Source: Polyangiales bacterium
Lineage (GTDB): Bacteria; Myxococcota_A; Polyangia; Polyangiales; JADJQN01
Assembly: GCA_964202905.1 (NCBI GenBank)
Contig: CAXNJO010000002.1
Coordinates: 160,001 to 224,000 of the forward strand
Length of the DNA: 64,000 nt
Direction: 5' to 3'
The stretch's first letter is position 1, and each line of letters begins with the position of its first letter. Both the position numbers and the translations under genes were made by a program. Of this stretch, positions 29,134 to 40,379 are shown one piece after another. The notes under the pieces were generated by a model. The model was not told the DNA's origin. It was given only the letters and a program-made list of their open reading frames with translations, and searched no databases.

Positions 29134-31720
29134 TCACTCCACGCGGATCGAGAACGGCAGCCGCGCGACGGCGCCGCCCGCCTGCACCCGCTCGAGCGCG
29201 AGGGCCGCGCCGAGCAGCGCGCGCACCCCGCGCGGCAGGGCGAGCGCGCCCGCGGCGTCGACGTCCTCGTACGCCTCGGCCGCGAGCCCGTCCGCGTCGA
29301 GCGCCTCGCGGGCCCCGACGCGCGGGGCTGCGTGCTCCGCGTCCGCGCGCGCGGCCCCCGAGCGCGTCGCCGAGCACGTAGTCGAGGAGCGTCACCGGGC
29401 GGCGCGGCAACACCACGACCCCGCTCTCGGGGCCGAGCCCGCCGAGCGCGCGCGCCCGCGCGAGGGCCGCCGCGAGACCGCCGAGCTGGTCGACGAGCCC
29501 CTCGCGCCGCGCGACGTCGCCGCTCCACACCCGCCCGCGCCCGAGCGCGTCGACGCGCGTGCGCGACATCGCGTGCCCCGACGCGGTGCGGCCATCCGCG
29601 ACCCGCGCGACGAACTGCCGGTAGAGCACGCGGATCTTCTGCGCGAGCAGCGCGCGCTCTTCCGGGGTGAACGCGCGGAACAGCGACTCGACGCCCGCGT
29701 GCCGGCCGCGACCCATCGACTCGATCGCCACGCCGAGGCGCGCGGCGAGCGGCGCGACGTCGATCTTGCCGAAGAAGATGCCGATGGAGCCCGTGATCGT
29801 CGCGGGATCGGCCCAGATCTCGTCGGCGGCGGACGCGGCGAAATATCCGCCGCTCGCCGCGATCGCCCCCATCGAGCACACGACCGGCTTGCGGGCCCGC
29901 GCACGCGTGATCGCGCGCCACACGCGATCGCTCGCCAGCGCCGAGCCACCCGGCGAATCGACGCGTACGACGATCGCGCGCACGGACGGATCCGCAGCGA
30001 GCGCGTCGATGGTGTCGACGGCCGTGTTGCCCCCCGTCAGGTGCAGACCGAGGAACGGGACGTCGACGTTGTCTCCGTCGACGATGTCGCCATCGAGCAC
30101 GACCAGCCCGACGCGGCCGCCCACGCCCCAGCCGGACACCGCGTCCGCGGGCATGCGCGCGCGGCGCGGAAAGCGCGCGCCCAGCACGTCGGCGAGCGCG
30201 TCGTCGAGGTCGTGCGCGTCGGCCGTCGCGTCGACGAGGCCCGCCTCGACGGCCTCTTCCGCGAGGTATGGCCCCGCGTCGACGAGCGCGCGCGCACGCG
30301 CCTCGCCCACGCGGAGGTCGGCGCCGAGCTCGCGCGTGAAGCGCCCGTGGATCGCGTCGAGCAGCGCGCCCCGCTCCTCGCGCGCAGCGTCGCTCGAGCG
30401 CGCGTTCTGCAGCTGCTCGACCGCGCTCTTGAACCGCCCGATGCGCACGAAATCGGCGCGCACGCCCGCGTCGCGCAGCGCGTCGCCGAGCAGCAGCACG
30501 TCGCTCGACGGGCCGACGAGCCGCACGCCCCCCGCCGGGTCGAGCAGCGTGCGGTCCGCGCCCGCGCACGCGTAGAGCTCACCGCCGCTCGCGGCCTCGA
30601 GGTGACACACGACGCGCTTGTCCGCTGCGCGGAGCGCCGTGATCTGCTGCCGCAGCTCCTGCGCGTAGGCCGTCGGCACGGGCGCGCTCGCGCCGCGCAG
30701 CAACACGCCCGCGACGCGCGGATCGTGGAGCGCGCGGTCGAGTTGCAGGGCGAGCGCCACGGCCTGCCGCTCGCTGCCGACCCGCAGCGGTAGCTCGAGC
30801 ACGTAGCGCTCACGCGGGAGCCCCGCGCGCGGCGCCCCCTCGATGCGCGCCGACCAGAACGCCCCCGGCGCGCCTTCCTCCCCGGGCGCGACGAGCACGC
30901 CGCCCGCGACGGCGACGCGGTCCCACTGCACCCGCAGCCCCGCCGAGACGCGCAGCGATTCGCGCGCACCGCCCGGCTCGCTCGCCTCCACCGACGCGAG
31001 CAGCTCCCCCACCGCGGGGACGCGCACCGACGCTGCCGCGCGCAGCCCGAGCCGCGCCTCCGCGTCGAGGCCCGCGGCGAGATCGAGCGTGAGCGCGTCC
31101 GAGCCAAAAGGCCGCAGGCCGACGGCGAGCGCGAGCGACCGCGGCACGCCCCCCGCGGGCGAGAAGCCGACGCCCGGCGCGGTGAGGTCGCGCGCGAGGA
31201 GCGAGAGCGCGAGCGTCGGCGCGGGGCGCCACGACGCGGCGACGTCGAGCGTGAGCGCGCCGTCGAGCGACGCAGCCCCGCCCCGAGGCTGCGTGAGCAG
31301 GCGCAGCTCCGCGCCGAAGCCCCAGTGCGTGTCGGGGCGGTAGGCGAGCGCGAGGCTCGCGCCGCCGAGCGTGCCGGGGCCAGGCTGGTCGCGCGAGAAG
31401 GCGCCGACCCCCGCCGAGAGCCCGAAGAGCAGCGGCGTCGCCGCGTAGACCGCGTGCCCGCCCTCCGCGAGCGCGCCGTTCGCGGGAGCGAGCGCGCCGG
31501 CGTACACGACGCTCCACGTCCCGAGGAACGCGAGCGCCGCGGGGTTCCACCCGACGGCGAGCGCGTCGTCGGGCGCGGCGAGCGCGAGCGGCGGCGGCGC
31601 GACCGGGCCCGTCGCGCGGGGGAGCTGCGCCACGACGTTCGCGGGCGCGCAGAGCGCCCCGATGAGCAGCGCGAGCCCAAGGACACGGCGCGAGGGCGCG
31701 CGGAGAGCGACGACGGCCAT
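29134..31720 (-). CDS. sppA: Signal peptide peptidase SppA (S49) with N-terminal beta-barrel-like domain; frameshift near 29357
   Basis: IGRFKSAVE (Lys), RVDSPGGS, SMGAIAASGGY (Ser), TITGSIG, GRVWSG and GLVDQLGG. The C-terminus ...ARLPFSIRVE* (stop 29134) lies in another frame after a G5 run. Confidence 0.88.
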
Positions 31721-31783
31721 GCCCGTGGATACCACGGGCGCAGCGCGTCCCACGCGCCGGCGTCGCGCGGCCCGCCGCAGCGG

Positions 31784-32845
31784 TCAGGGTTCGGACGACC
31801 AGCCGGCGGTCGTGGCGCGCACGGCCGTCGCGCGAAGCGCGAACGAGAGCGACTCGGGGACACCGTCCCCGTCGCCGTCGACGTCGGGCCGCAGCGCGAG
31901 ATCGAGCAGGCGCCGTGCGGTCGCGAGCCCACCCACCGGCTCGAGCGTGTCGGGCGGGAGCCCCTCGAGCGCCGCGAGCAACTCGGCCTCGGGGACCGCA
32001 CCGCAAACGCGCAGCGCGAGCGCCGCGTCGCCGGCCGCGTCCGTCGTGCGCATCCCGTCCGCGCGCACGCCGTACATCTGCAAGAGCAGCTGGCGCCCGT
32101 CGATCGGCACGGCGATGCCGGCGTTCGTGCCCGCACCGCCTGCCGCCACCGCGTCGCCGTCGACCGTGGCGTCGCCGAGCGACAGCCACGCGGGGCACGG
32201 ACCGCTGCGCGCGCCTCGGTCGTAGCTATCACGCGTGATGGTGTATCGACATGCACCCACCGGGCTCGCCGGGTCGCAGCGCAGGCTGTCCGGCGCCAGC
32301 GTGCCGAAGAGCAGGTCGAGCCGCGTCGCGGTGCGGTCGACGAACACCGTGATGCGGTCGGCGCCGATCGCATCCGCGAGCGCTTGCGGCAGTTCCGCGT
32401 ACGCGCGCGTCACGGACGCCAGCGCCGCGTCGCCCTCGCCGTCGCCGTCGAGATCGCAGGCCGCGTCCGCGTCGAGGACCTCGAGCGCGACGACCTTGAG
32501 CGCAGGCGTCGGCGGCGCGGGCGGGAGCGCGCACACCTGCGCGTAGCAGGTCGGCACCGACGCACGCGCCGAGCACTGCTCGTACGACGCGCAGGCGCGC
32601 GCGCACGTGCCGACACCGGCGAAGACGCACTCGTCGGTGGGCGCGTAGCAGCGCAGCCCATCCGGGCAGCCCCCGCCGCAGTAGCGCGAGACGGGCGCGG
32701 GCTCCGGTGCGCCGCACGCAGCAACAAACGCGGCGACGAGCACGACCCCCGCGACACACGGCGCGGATCGCCCGAGAAAAGCGGCTCCGGACGCGCCGCA
32801 CGAAGCGCGCAGGACGGCTGGCGAGACCACGCGGCGCACGCCCAT
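31784..32845 (-). CDS. Hypothetical Cys-rich lipoprotein
   Basis: Lipobox VAAC; DLDGDG and PDVDGDGDGVPESLS Ca-binding-like loops. Confidence 0.72.
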   Translation of the reverse strand: MGVRRVVSPAVLRASCGASGAAFLGRSAPCVAGVVLVAAFVAACGAPEPAPVSRYCGGGCPDGLRCYAPTDECVFAGVGTCARACASYEQCSARASVPTCYAQVCALPPAPPTPALKVVALEVLDADAACDLDGDGEGDAALASVTRAYAELPQALADAIGADRITVFVDRTATRLDLLFGTLAPDSLRCDPASPVGACRYTITRDSYDRGARSGPCPAWLSLGDATVDGDAVAAGGAGTNAGIAVPIDGRQLLLQMYGVRADGMRTTDAAGDAALALRVCGAVPEAELLAALEGLPPDTLEPVGGLATARRLLDLALRPDVDGDGDGVPESLSFALRATAVRATTAGWSSEP

Positions 32846-32848
32846 CGC

Positions 32849-33733
32849 TCAACGATCCTTCAGGCAGCGACGGCCGGCGCCGCAACCGTAGCGACCCGGC
32901 CAGCACACGGCGCCCGCTTCGTCCGTCGCGACGCACGAACCGGCGACGCAGTCGATGCGCCGCGCGAGCGTCACGCCGCACTCGTTGCCGTTCGTGCACG
33001 AGTCGCCTTCGCCGCGATCGCGTTCGCAGCGCCGCGTCGACGTGCTGCAATGCGCGCCCGCCACGCACGACTCCATCGTGCACGCGCCGCCCACGGGCAC
33101 GCGGCCGACGCAGAGGTTCGTGCCGTCCGTGCGCGCATCGCAGCCGAGGTCGGTCCCGCACGCCTCGTCGGTGGCCTCGCCGACGACCCCGCACTCGCCG
33201 CCGAGCTGCGGCTCGACGCAGACCTTGTCCGAGAGCCGACACACGAGCCCCTCGAGGCACGCGAAGTTCAGGAATCCGTCGCACGACTCGCCCGGCCCCG
33301 GCACGCGCCGACAGACCCCGGTCGCGGTGGTGTCGACCGCACACACCTCGAGCGCCGGGCACGTGAGGTCGGCCGCGCACGCCCGCCCCGTCGAACGGGT
33401 CGTCGTGCAGTTGCCCGTGTCGCGCCCCGCCTCGCTGCACGTCGTCGCCATGCACGTCCCGCCGCTGGCGTACGTCATGTGACACGCCGCGCCATCCTCA
33501 CAGTCGTAGACCTGCGCACACGGCTGCCCCACACGCGCCACCGCCGCGCAGCGCCCCGCCACGCAGCGCAGCCCGTCCGCACACTCATGCTCACCGAGAC
33601 ACGCGCCTCCGGACACCACGGGCGCCGCGCAATGATACTGCCAGCGCGCGGCCGAGATCTTCGCGCAGCTCCCGCTGCCGAACGCCGCCACGATCGCCAC
33701 CGCGAGCGCCCCCCACGTCTCGATTCGCGTCAT
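32849..33733 (-). CDS. Exported Cys-rich repeat protein (GxxC...C..GL.C modules)
   Basis: ATG 33733, hydrophobic signal ending GSC, and repeated GGAC/GQPC/GESC/GGEC/GDSC modules. Confidence 0.75.
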   Translation of the reverse strand: MTRIETWGALAVAIVAAFGSGSCAKISAARWQYHCAAPVVSGGACLGEHECADGLRCVAGRCAAVARVGQPCAQVYDCEDGAACHMTYASGGTCMATTCSEAGRDTGNCTTTRSTGRACAADLTCPALEVCAVDTTATGVCRRVPGPGESCDGFLNFACLEGLVCRLSDKVCVEPQLGGECGVVGEATDEACGTDLGCDARTDGTNLCVGRVPVGGACTMESCVAGAHCSTSTRRCERDRGEGDSCTNGNECGVTLARRIDCVAGSCVATDEAGAVCWPGRYGCGAGRRCLKDR

Positions 33734-33883
33734 GGGACGCGAGTAACGAAACGTCGTCGCCGGGTCAAGCCCGTCACGCGGCTCGCCCCGCGCCGCACGC
33801 CGTACGCCCCCCTGCCCGGCACGTCGGCGGCGGCGCTCTCGACGCTGGCGCGCGGGACCGCGTTGCATGTACCGTACGCCCCG

Positions 33884-34735
33884 ATGACGCGACGTTCCGC
33901 GCTCTCCGTCGCCCCTGCCATCGCGCTCGCGCTCGCGCTCGCCGGTCTCGCTGCGCCCGTCGGCGCGCCGCTCGGGCCGCTGCCCTGCGCCGCGCAGGAT
34001 GCGGAGGCGCCTCCGCCACCGCCCGAGGCGCTCGCGCTGTACCGGCGCGGGCGGGAGCTCTACGCGGAGGGGCGCTACCGCGAGGCGGCCGTCGAGCTCG
34101 AGCGGGCGCAGGTGCTCTCTCCGACGTCGCCGAACCTCGTCTTCAACGTCGCGCGCGTGTACGAGTTGCTCGGCGAGATCGACAAGTCGATCTCGTTCTA
34201 TCAGCGGTATTTGCGGCTGCTGCCGCCCTCGGAGACGGCCGAGCGCGACCGCATCGAGGGGACGCTGCGCCGCCTCGAGGGCGCACGCGACGAGGTGAGC
34301 CGCCCGGCCGAGGCCACCGCGCCGACGCCGCCCCCTGACGCGGCGCTCCGCGATCCGCAGCCGGTGCGCGTGCAGGAGCGCGGCGTCGCCGACGCGCTCT
34401 TCTGGATCACGGCGTCCGCGGGGGCGGCGCTCGTCGTCGGCGGCACGGTCGCGGGGCTCCTCGCGCTCGAGTCGGAGGGCGAGGTGCGGGACTACGTGAT
34501 CGGCGTCGACGGCGCCTTCGAAGATCGACAGACGTTCGCCGACCGCGCCGACGCGCTCTCGGTCATCGCGGATGTGCTCTTCATCTCGGGCGGCGTGACG
34601 CTCGCCGCGAGCGCCCTGCTGTTCGCGCTGCGCGAGCGCACCGTCGAGCGCTATCCGGGGCTCGGGGGCGACGTGCGCGCCGATCTCACGGTGCTGCCCG
34701 GCGGGGGTCTCGTGACGCTGCGGGGTGCGCTGTGA
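33884..34735 (+). CDS. Exported TPR protein with C-terminal hydrophobic hairpin and beta-strand tail
   Basis: Signal peptide; YRRGRELYAEGRYREA...NLVFNVARVYELLG...YQRYL; two hydrophobic segments; ends GGGLVTLRGAL. Confidence 0.85.
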   Translation: MTRRSALSVAPAIALALALAGLAAPVGAPLGPLPCAAQDAEAPPPPPEALALYRRGRELYAEGRYREAAVELERAQVLSPTSPNLVFNVARVYELLGEIDKSISFYQRYLRLLPPSETAERDRIEGTLRRLEGARDEVSRPAEATAPTPPPDAALRDPQPVRVQERGVADALFWITASAGAALVVGGTVAGLLALESEGEVRDYVIGVDGAFEDRQTFADRADALSVIADVLFISGGVTLAASALLFALRERTVERYPGLGGDVRADLTVLPGGGLVTLRGAL

Positions 34736-36103
34736 GCGCGCGCGACGGACGCCCCGGCGCCCGGCGTCCGGCGGCGCTCGCGGCCACGCTCTTCACCGCG
34801 GTGGCGCTCGTCGGCGGCGCGCTGCTCGCGGGTTGCAGCGTCGTGATCGCCCCGGAGAGCGAGGTCATCCTCTGTGAGATCGCGCCCGGCGCGCCCGACC
34901 CCTGCCCCCTGGGCTTCACGTGCGTCGAGGGGCGCTGCCTCGCGCCGATCGCGCCGCCCCCGCCCGCCGACGGCTGCGTGCCCGCCGAGACGGAGGCCTG
35001 CAACGGCGAGGACGACAACTGCAACGGCTTCGTCGACGAGGGCGTCGACGGAGACGGCGACGGCTACACGTTCTGCGGCACGCAGCGCGACGACGCAGGC
35101 GGCTTCGTCGCCGGCCCGCCACAGGCGGCCTTCGTCGACTGCGACGACTCGAACCGCGACGTGTATCCCAGCGCGTCGGATGTGTGCGACGGCCGCGTGA
35201 ACCGCTGCCCCGCGACGGGCTCGCCGGACGACGACGCGCGGTGTGAGGGCGGCTTGGTCTGCGTCGGCGGGCGCTGCGCCGACCCGCTCGACTGCACCGC
35301 GCAGGCGTCGCTGTGCATGCCCAGCCAGGTCTGCGATCCGGCCTCGCTGCGCTGCGTCGCGACGACGTGCACGCCCGAGAGTTGCGGCGCCGGAGAGCGC
35401 TGCGATCCGGGCTTGGGCGAGTGCGTGCCGCTCACGCCGCTCGGCAACGGCTGCAACGTGGACGCCGAATGCAGCACGGGGCTCTGCGTGCTGCGCGCCG
35501 CGCTCGGGCTGCCGGCGGGCGCACCGCGCGGCGTGTGCGGGCGCGCGTGTTGCGAGGACGCGCAATGCGGCGCCGCGGGTGGCGGCGAGTGCGTGCAGGC
35601 GGTGACGGGCGCGCGCACGTGCCTGCCGAGGGGGCGCGCCGCGGAGCTCGGCGTGCCGACGTCCAACACGCGAAACTGCCTCTCGTTCTTCGACCGCGGA
35701 CCCCTCGCCTGCAGCCTCGAGCAGGACGCCGTGTGCCGCTTCGACACCGACGCGGAGATCTGTTCCTTCGTGTTCCTCGCCTCGTGCGTGAGACAACGCC
35801 GTCTACTACTGCGGCGCGCCGTGCGAGTCCGGCGCGGACTGCGCCAGCGGCGAACGCTGCCAGTACAGCGAGGCCGGGAACACCTGGCTCGGCCGCTGCT
35901 ACGGGTTCGACCTCAGCCTCGGCGCCCCCGCGGGCTCGGCGTGCGGCAGCAACGACGCGTGCCGCGACGGCGCGTGCATCGAGGGCCGCTGCGCCGCGCC
36001 GTGCTGCACCGACGCGGACTGCGGGAGCGACCGCTGCGTGCCCTCGCCGGCGGGCGGCAACTTCGCGCCGATGCGCTGCCGCCCGGCGCCCCTCCCCCCC
36101 TGA
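34732..36103 (+). CDS. Cys-rich lipoprotein with MopE-related metal-binding motifs; frameshift near 35790
   Basis: Lipobox LAGC; EACNGEDDNCNGFVDEG and DCDDSNRDVYPSASDVCDG. The Cys-rich frame resumes as DNAVYYCGAPC... and ends at TGA 36103. GTGA overlap with the TPR gene. Confidence 0.8.
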
Positions 36104-36200
36104 TCTGAACGCGCTCGCCTCGCCCCCGGCCGCCACGCGCCGGCCACACGCGGGGCGCTGCGGGGGACGCGCAGCCGCGTGCTAGCATCGCGCCCCGACG

Positions 36201-37742
36201 ATGCGCATCTGCCCGACGTGCCGGACGGTCTACCCGGGAGGCGAGACGCGCTGTCCGCGCGACGGCGCGCGCACGACCGACGCGCGCGAGCACGCCGAGG
36301 CCGAGGGCGATCCGCTCCGCGGCGTCGTCGTCGCCGGCCGCTTTCACATCCTCGAGCGCATCGGCGTCGGCGGCATGGGCACCGTGTACCGCGCCGAGCA
36401 GGTCGGGCTCGGACGATCGGTGGCGCTGAAGATCCTCAAGCGCGAGCTGATTTTCGATCGCGACACCGTGACGCGCTTCCACCGCGAGGCGCGCGCGATG
36501 TCGCTGCTCACGCACCCGAACACGGTGCGCGTCTTCGACTTCGGCGAGACCCCCGAGGGCCTGCTCTTCCTCGCGATGGAGCTCCTCGAGGGTGAGCTGC
36601 TCACCCACCGCATCGAGCGTGAAGGCGCGCTCGACGTGCGGGAGGCGATGGGCTTCGCGGGGGAGATCCTCGCGTCGCTCGCGGAAGCCCACGAGAAGGG
36701 GATCGTCCACCGCGATCTGAAGCCGGACAACATCTACCTCGCGCGCGTCGACGGCCGCGAGGAGCCCGTCGTGAAGGTGCTCGACTTCGGCATCGCGAAG
36801 GTGATCCAGGGCGACCGCAAGATCGACCAACTCGAGACGCAGGCCGGGACGGTCTTCGGCACGCCGCGCTACATGTCGCCCGAGCAGGCGCAGGGGAAGC
36901 GGCTCGACGCGCGGAGCGATCTCTACGCCGTCGGCGTGCTGCTCTACCAGATGCTCGCCGGTCAGGCGCCCTTCCTCGACGACGACGCGGTCGTCGTGAT
37001 GGCGCGCCACATCAAGGAGCAGCCGCGGTCGCTGCACGCCGCGGCCCCCGAGCGCCCGATCCCGGCGACGCTCGAGCGCGCCGTGCTGAAGGCGCTCGAG
37101 AAGGACCCGGAGGCGCGCTTCGCGAACGCCGACGAGTTCATGAAGCGCCTCACCGCGTTGCTGCCCGACGTCGACGAGGCCGCGCGACTCGCGCGGGCCG
37201 GCAAGCGCGTCCGGGGTCCGCTCGCCGACCTGCCTCGCCGCGTGCTCGCGGGCGGAGCCGTCGGCGTCGCGGCCGCCATCGCCCTCGGGATCGCGGTCGC
37301 GGCGGGCCGCGGGGATGAGCCAGCAGCGCCGATCGCGCAGGGCGGTGGGCAACCGCCCGCCGAGGCGCCCATCGCGGCGCCGATCGCCGCGCCCTCGCGC
37401 AGCGTGCCCGTGCGCAGCGAGCCCGAAGGCGCCGAGGTCTGGCGCGACGGGCAGCTCATCGGCCTGACGCCGCTCGCGCTCGATTTGCGCGCGGACGCGC
37501 CTCCCGTGCGCGTCGCGCTCCGCAAGAAGGGCTACGTCGAGTCGTCCGCGCTGCTCGCGCCGGATGGCCCGGGCGCGCTCGTCGCCCTCACCGCCGCGCC
37601 GCGCGCCGCGATGCCCGCCGCGGGCGCACGCCGCCCCGGACAGGTCGGCACGGCGACGCGCATCGGCACCGCAGGCGCAGGCCCTGAGACAGCCTCGCCA
37701 ACGCCGTCGGCGCCGGCCGACCCCTACGAGCGCTTCGACTGA
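36201..37742 (+). CDS. Hanks-type Ser/Thr kinase: N-terminal Zn-ribbon-like motif, TM helix, PEGA domain
   Basis: CPTC...CPRD, IGVGGMGTVY, VALK, HRDLKPDN, DFG, GTPRYMSPEQ and VRSEPEGAEV. Confidence 0.95.
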   Translation: MRICPTCRTVYPGGETRCPRDGARTTDAREHAEAEGDPLRGVVVAGRFHILERIGVGGMGTVYRAEQVGLGRSVALKILKRELIFDRDTVTRFHREARAMSLLTHPNTVRVFDFGETPEGLLFLAMELLEGELLTHRIEREGALDVREAMGFAGEILASLAEAHEKGIVHRDLKPDNIYLARVDGREEPVVKVLDFGIAKVIQGDRKIDQLETQAGTVFGTPRYMSPEQAQGKRLDARSDLYAVGVLLYQMLAGQAPFLDDDAVVVMARHIKEQPRSLHAAAPERPIPATLERAVLKALEKDPEARFANADEFMKRLTALLPDVDEAARLARAGKRVRGPLADLPRRVLAGGAVGVAAAIALGIAVAAGRGDEPAAPIAQGGGQPPAEAPIAAPIAAPSRSVPVRSEPEGAEVWRDGQLIGLTPLALDLRADAPPVRVALRKKGYVESSALLAPDGPGALVALTAAPRAAMPAAGARRPGQVGTATRIGTAGAGPETASPTPSAPADPYERFD

Positions 37743-37775
37743 TCACGCGCCGGCGCACGGCCGACCGTGGCGCGT

Positions 37776-37832
37776 CGCGGTCAGGAGCGGCCAGCGCGGT
37801 CAGGAGCGGCCAGCGCGGTCAGGGGCGGCCAG
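37776..37832. repeat. 19-bp tandem repeat x3 between convergent genes
   Basis: cgcggtcaggagcggccag twice, then cgcggtcaggggcggccag. Confidence 0.9.
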
Positions 37833-37842
37833 CGTGGCGCGC

Positions 37843-40262
37843 TCAGCGGAGCCACACGATCGTGTAGCGGTCGCCGCCCTCTTCCGGGGTCGCGGCGCGA
37901 CTCCGCGCGACGTAGGCGGAGGGCTCGGCGAGCCAGCGGCGCACGACCTCGCGGAGCGCGCCGGTGCCGTGCCCGTGCAGCACGTAGGCGACGCGCTCGG
38001 AGGCGCCGTAGAATCGGTCGAGCGAGCTCTCGAGCAGCGCGACCGCGTCATCGGCGCGCATCCCCCTGAGATCAACCGTGTTTCCCTCGAGTGGCGGGGC
38101 CATCGGCGGCTCGGCGCCCGGCCGCAGCGGCTCGCGCGGATCCGCGCCGTTGCGCCCGCCGCTGCGCGCAACGGGTGTCGGCAGGAGGCGCACCTCGTCG
38201 ACGCCGACCCAGAGCTTGAGCTGCCCGGCCGCGACGCGGACGCGGCCCTTCTGCGGCGCCTCGACGATCTCGGCCTCCGCGCGGAGACGGGGCACGTGCA
38301 CGCGCGTCCCGGGGCGGAGTTGCGCGGCCTCGGGGACACCGCCGAGTTCGCGCAACGTGGTCGCGGGCGCGGGCGCGGCGCGGTGGTCGCCTCCTCGAGC
38401 GTGCCGCCGAGCGCCACCTTCGCGGCGGCCTCGTCCACGACGCGGCGCGCCGCGTCGACCGCCGCCTCGTCGATCCGCTCACCGCGCAGCCGCGCCCGCG
38501 CCGCGCGGACCTCGTCGCGCGTGCGCCGGATGATCGCGACGAGCTGCTCCGCCTCGCGCGACACCTGGGCACGGTCCCGCCCGCGGAGCGCCTCGAGCTC
38601 CCGCTCGGCCGCGGCCCGCGCGACGGCCGCCCGCGCGCGCTCCTCCTCGAGCCCCGCGCGCTCGATCGCGAGCGCGTGCGACTCCTGCTCGAGCTTGCGC
38701 ACGAGCTCGTCGAAGCTGCGGGCCTGATCGGGCAGCACGCGCTTCGCGACCTCGATGACGCTCGCCGGGATCCCGAAGCGCGCGGCGACCACGAGCGCGC
38801 TCGACGCCCCCGGCACGTCGAGCAACACGCGGAACGTCGGCTGCATCGTGACGACGTCGAAGCCGACCGACGCGTTGCGGAGCCTCGCGTCGTGGAGCGC
38901 GAGCGCCTTCAGCGGCTCGTAGTGCGTCGTGACCGCCACCGACGCGCCGCGCTTGCACAGCGCGTCGATGACCGCGCACGCGAGCGCCGCGCCCTCCTCC
39001 GGGTCCGTGCCGCCCGCGAGCTCGTCGAGCAGCACGAGCGTGCGCGCGTCGGAGACCTCGAGGATGCGCGCGACGTTCGTCACGTGCGCGGAGAAGGTGG
39101 AGAGGTTCTTCGTGAGGGATTGATCGTCGCCGACGTCGGTGAGGACGCGCGCGAAGAAGCCGCAGGTGCTGCCCTCCTCCGCCGGCACGGGCAGCCCCGC
39201 ACGCACCATCAGCGCCGCGAGGCCGAGCGTCTTCAGCGCGACCGTCTTGCCGCCCGCGTTGGGCCCGGAGAGCACGAGCGCGTGCCCCGCGGCGAGGGCG
39301 AGATCGTTCGCGACGACGGGCACCGCGTCGAGCGCGAGCAGCGGGTGCCGGGCGCCGCGCAGCGTGATGTCGGCGCCGTCGGTGAGGGTAGGGAACGTGC
39401 AGCGCAGGTCGTGGCCGAGCCGCGCGGAGGCGGCGCGCAGATCCGCGTGATCGAGCGCCTCGCAGGCGGCGCGCAGCGGGGCGGCGCGCTCCCGCACGAG
39501 ATCGGAGAGCACCGCGAGGATCCGCGCGATCTCGCGCTCCATCTCGGCCTGCGCGAGCCGCAGCCGGTTGCCGGGCTCGACGAGCGCGCGCGGCTCGATG
39601 AACACCGTGGCGCCGCTCGCGCTCGCGCCGTGCACGATGCCCTGCAGCTTCTCGTGGGCGTCGGTGCGGAGCGGCAGCACGTAGCGCCCGTCGCGCACCG
39701 TGTAGTAGCGATCGGAGAGCACGTCCGCGTGCTTGACGAGCAGCTCCTCGAGGCGCGCGACGATGCGGGCGCGCAGGTTCCCGACCTCGGTGCGGAGCGC
39801 GCGGAGCGCCGGACTCGCGTGATCGAAGACCGTACCGTCGACGTCGATGGCCGCGCGGAGCTCGTCCTCGAGGGCGTCGAGCGTCGGGTCGGTGGTGCAC
39901 GCCTCGAACAGGCGCGGCATGCGGCGGCGACGCGTGCCGAGGTAGCGGCGAAGCACCCGCGCCGCGCCGACCACGGACACGACCTCGGAGAGCGCGGGGC
40001 CGTCGAGCGCGCCCATCCGCTCGACGCGGGCGAGGTGCTCGCGCAGGTCGCGGAGCCCCTCGAGCGGCACGGGCTCGTCGCTCGCGAGCGCGTCGGAGGC
40101 CTCCGCCGTCTCGGTGAGCGCGACGACCATCGCCTCGTGCGTCGTCGCGAGCGGGAGCGCCACCGCGCCGCGCATGGGGCCCGCGCAGCGCGCGACGACG
40201 GCCTCGACCATGCGGGGCCACTCGAGGTCGGCGAGGGTCTTCGGGGGCGCGGCCTCGAGCAT
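37843..40262 (-). CDS. mutS2: MutS2 (ATPase, coiled coil, KOW, Smr); frameshift near 38380
   Basis: LADLEW, GIVHGASASGATVFIEP, SGPNAGGKT, LSTFSAH, DELAGGTDPEEG and TTHY. The Smr domain (VDLRGMR...LHGHGTGALR...EGG) is in ORF 37843..38355. Confidence 0.93.
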
Positions 40263-40379
40263 GCGGGGCGAAGCTAGCAGGTCGTGGTGCAGGTGCCCCC
40301 GCGCCGGCCATCGTGCGTCGGCCTCGCGCGCCGAGCATCGCGCGCCGACCGACCGGGGCGCTCTGGTATGCTCGGGCGC

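Noticed and set aside
38355..38400. Programmed frameshift producing MutS2 with or without Smr
   Set aside because: No slippery heptamer; one missing C in a GCGCCC repeat restores the frame, and similar indels occur across the window.
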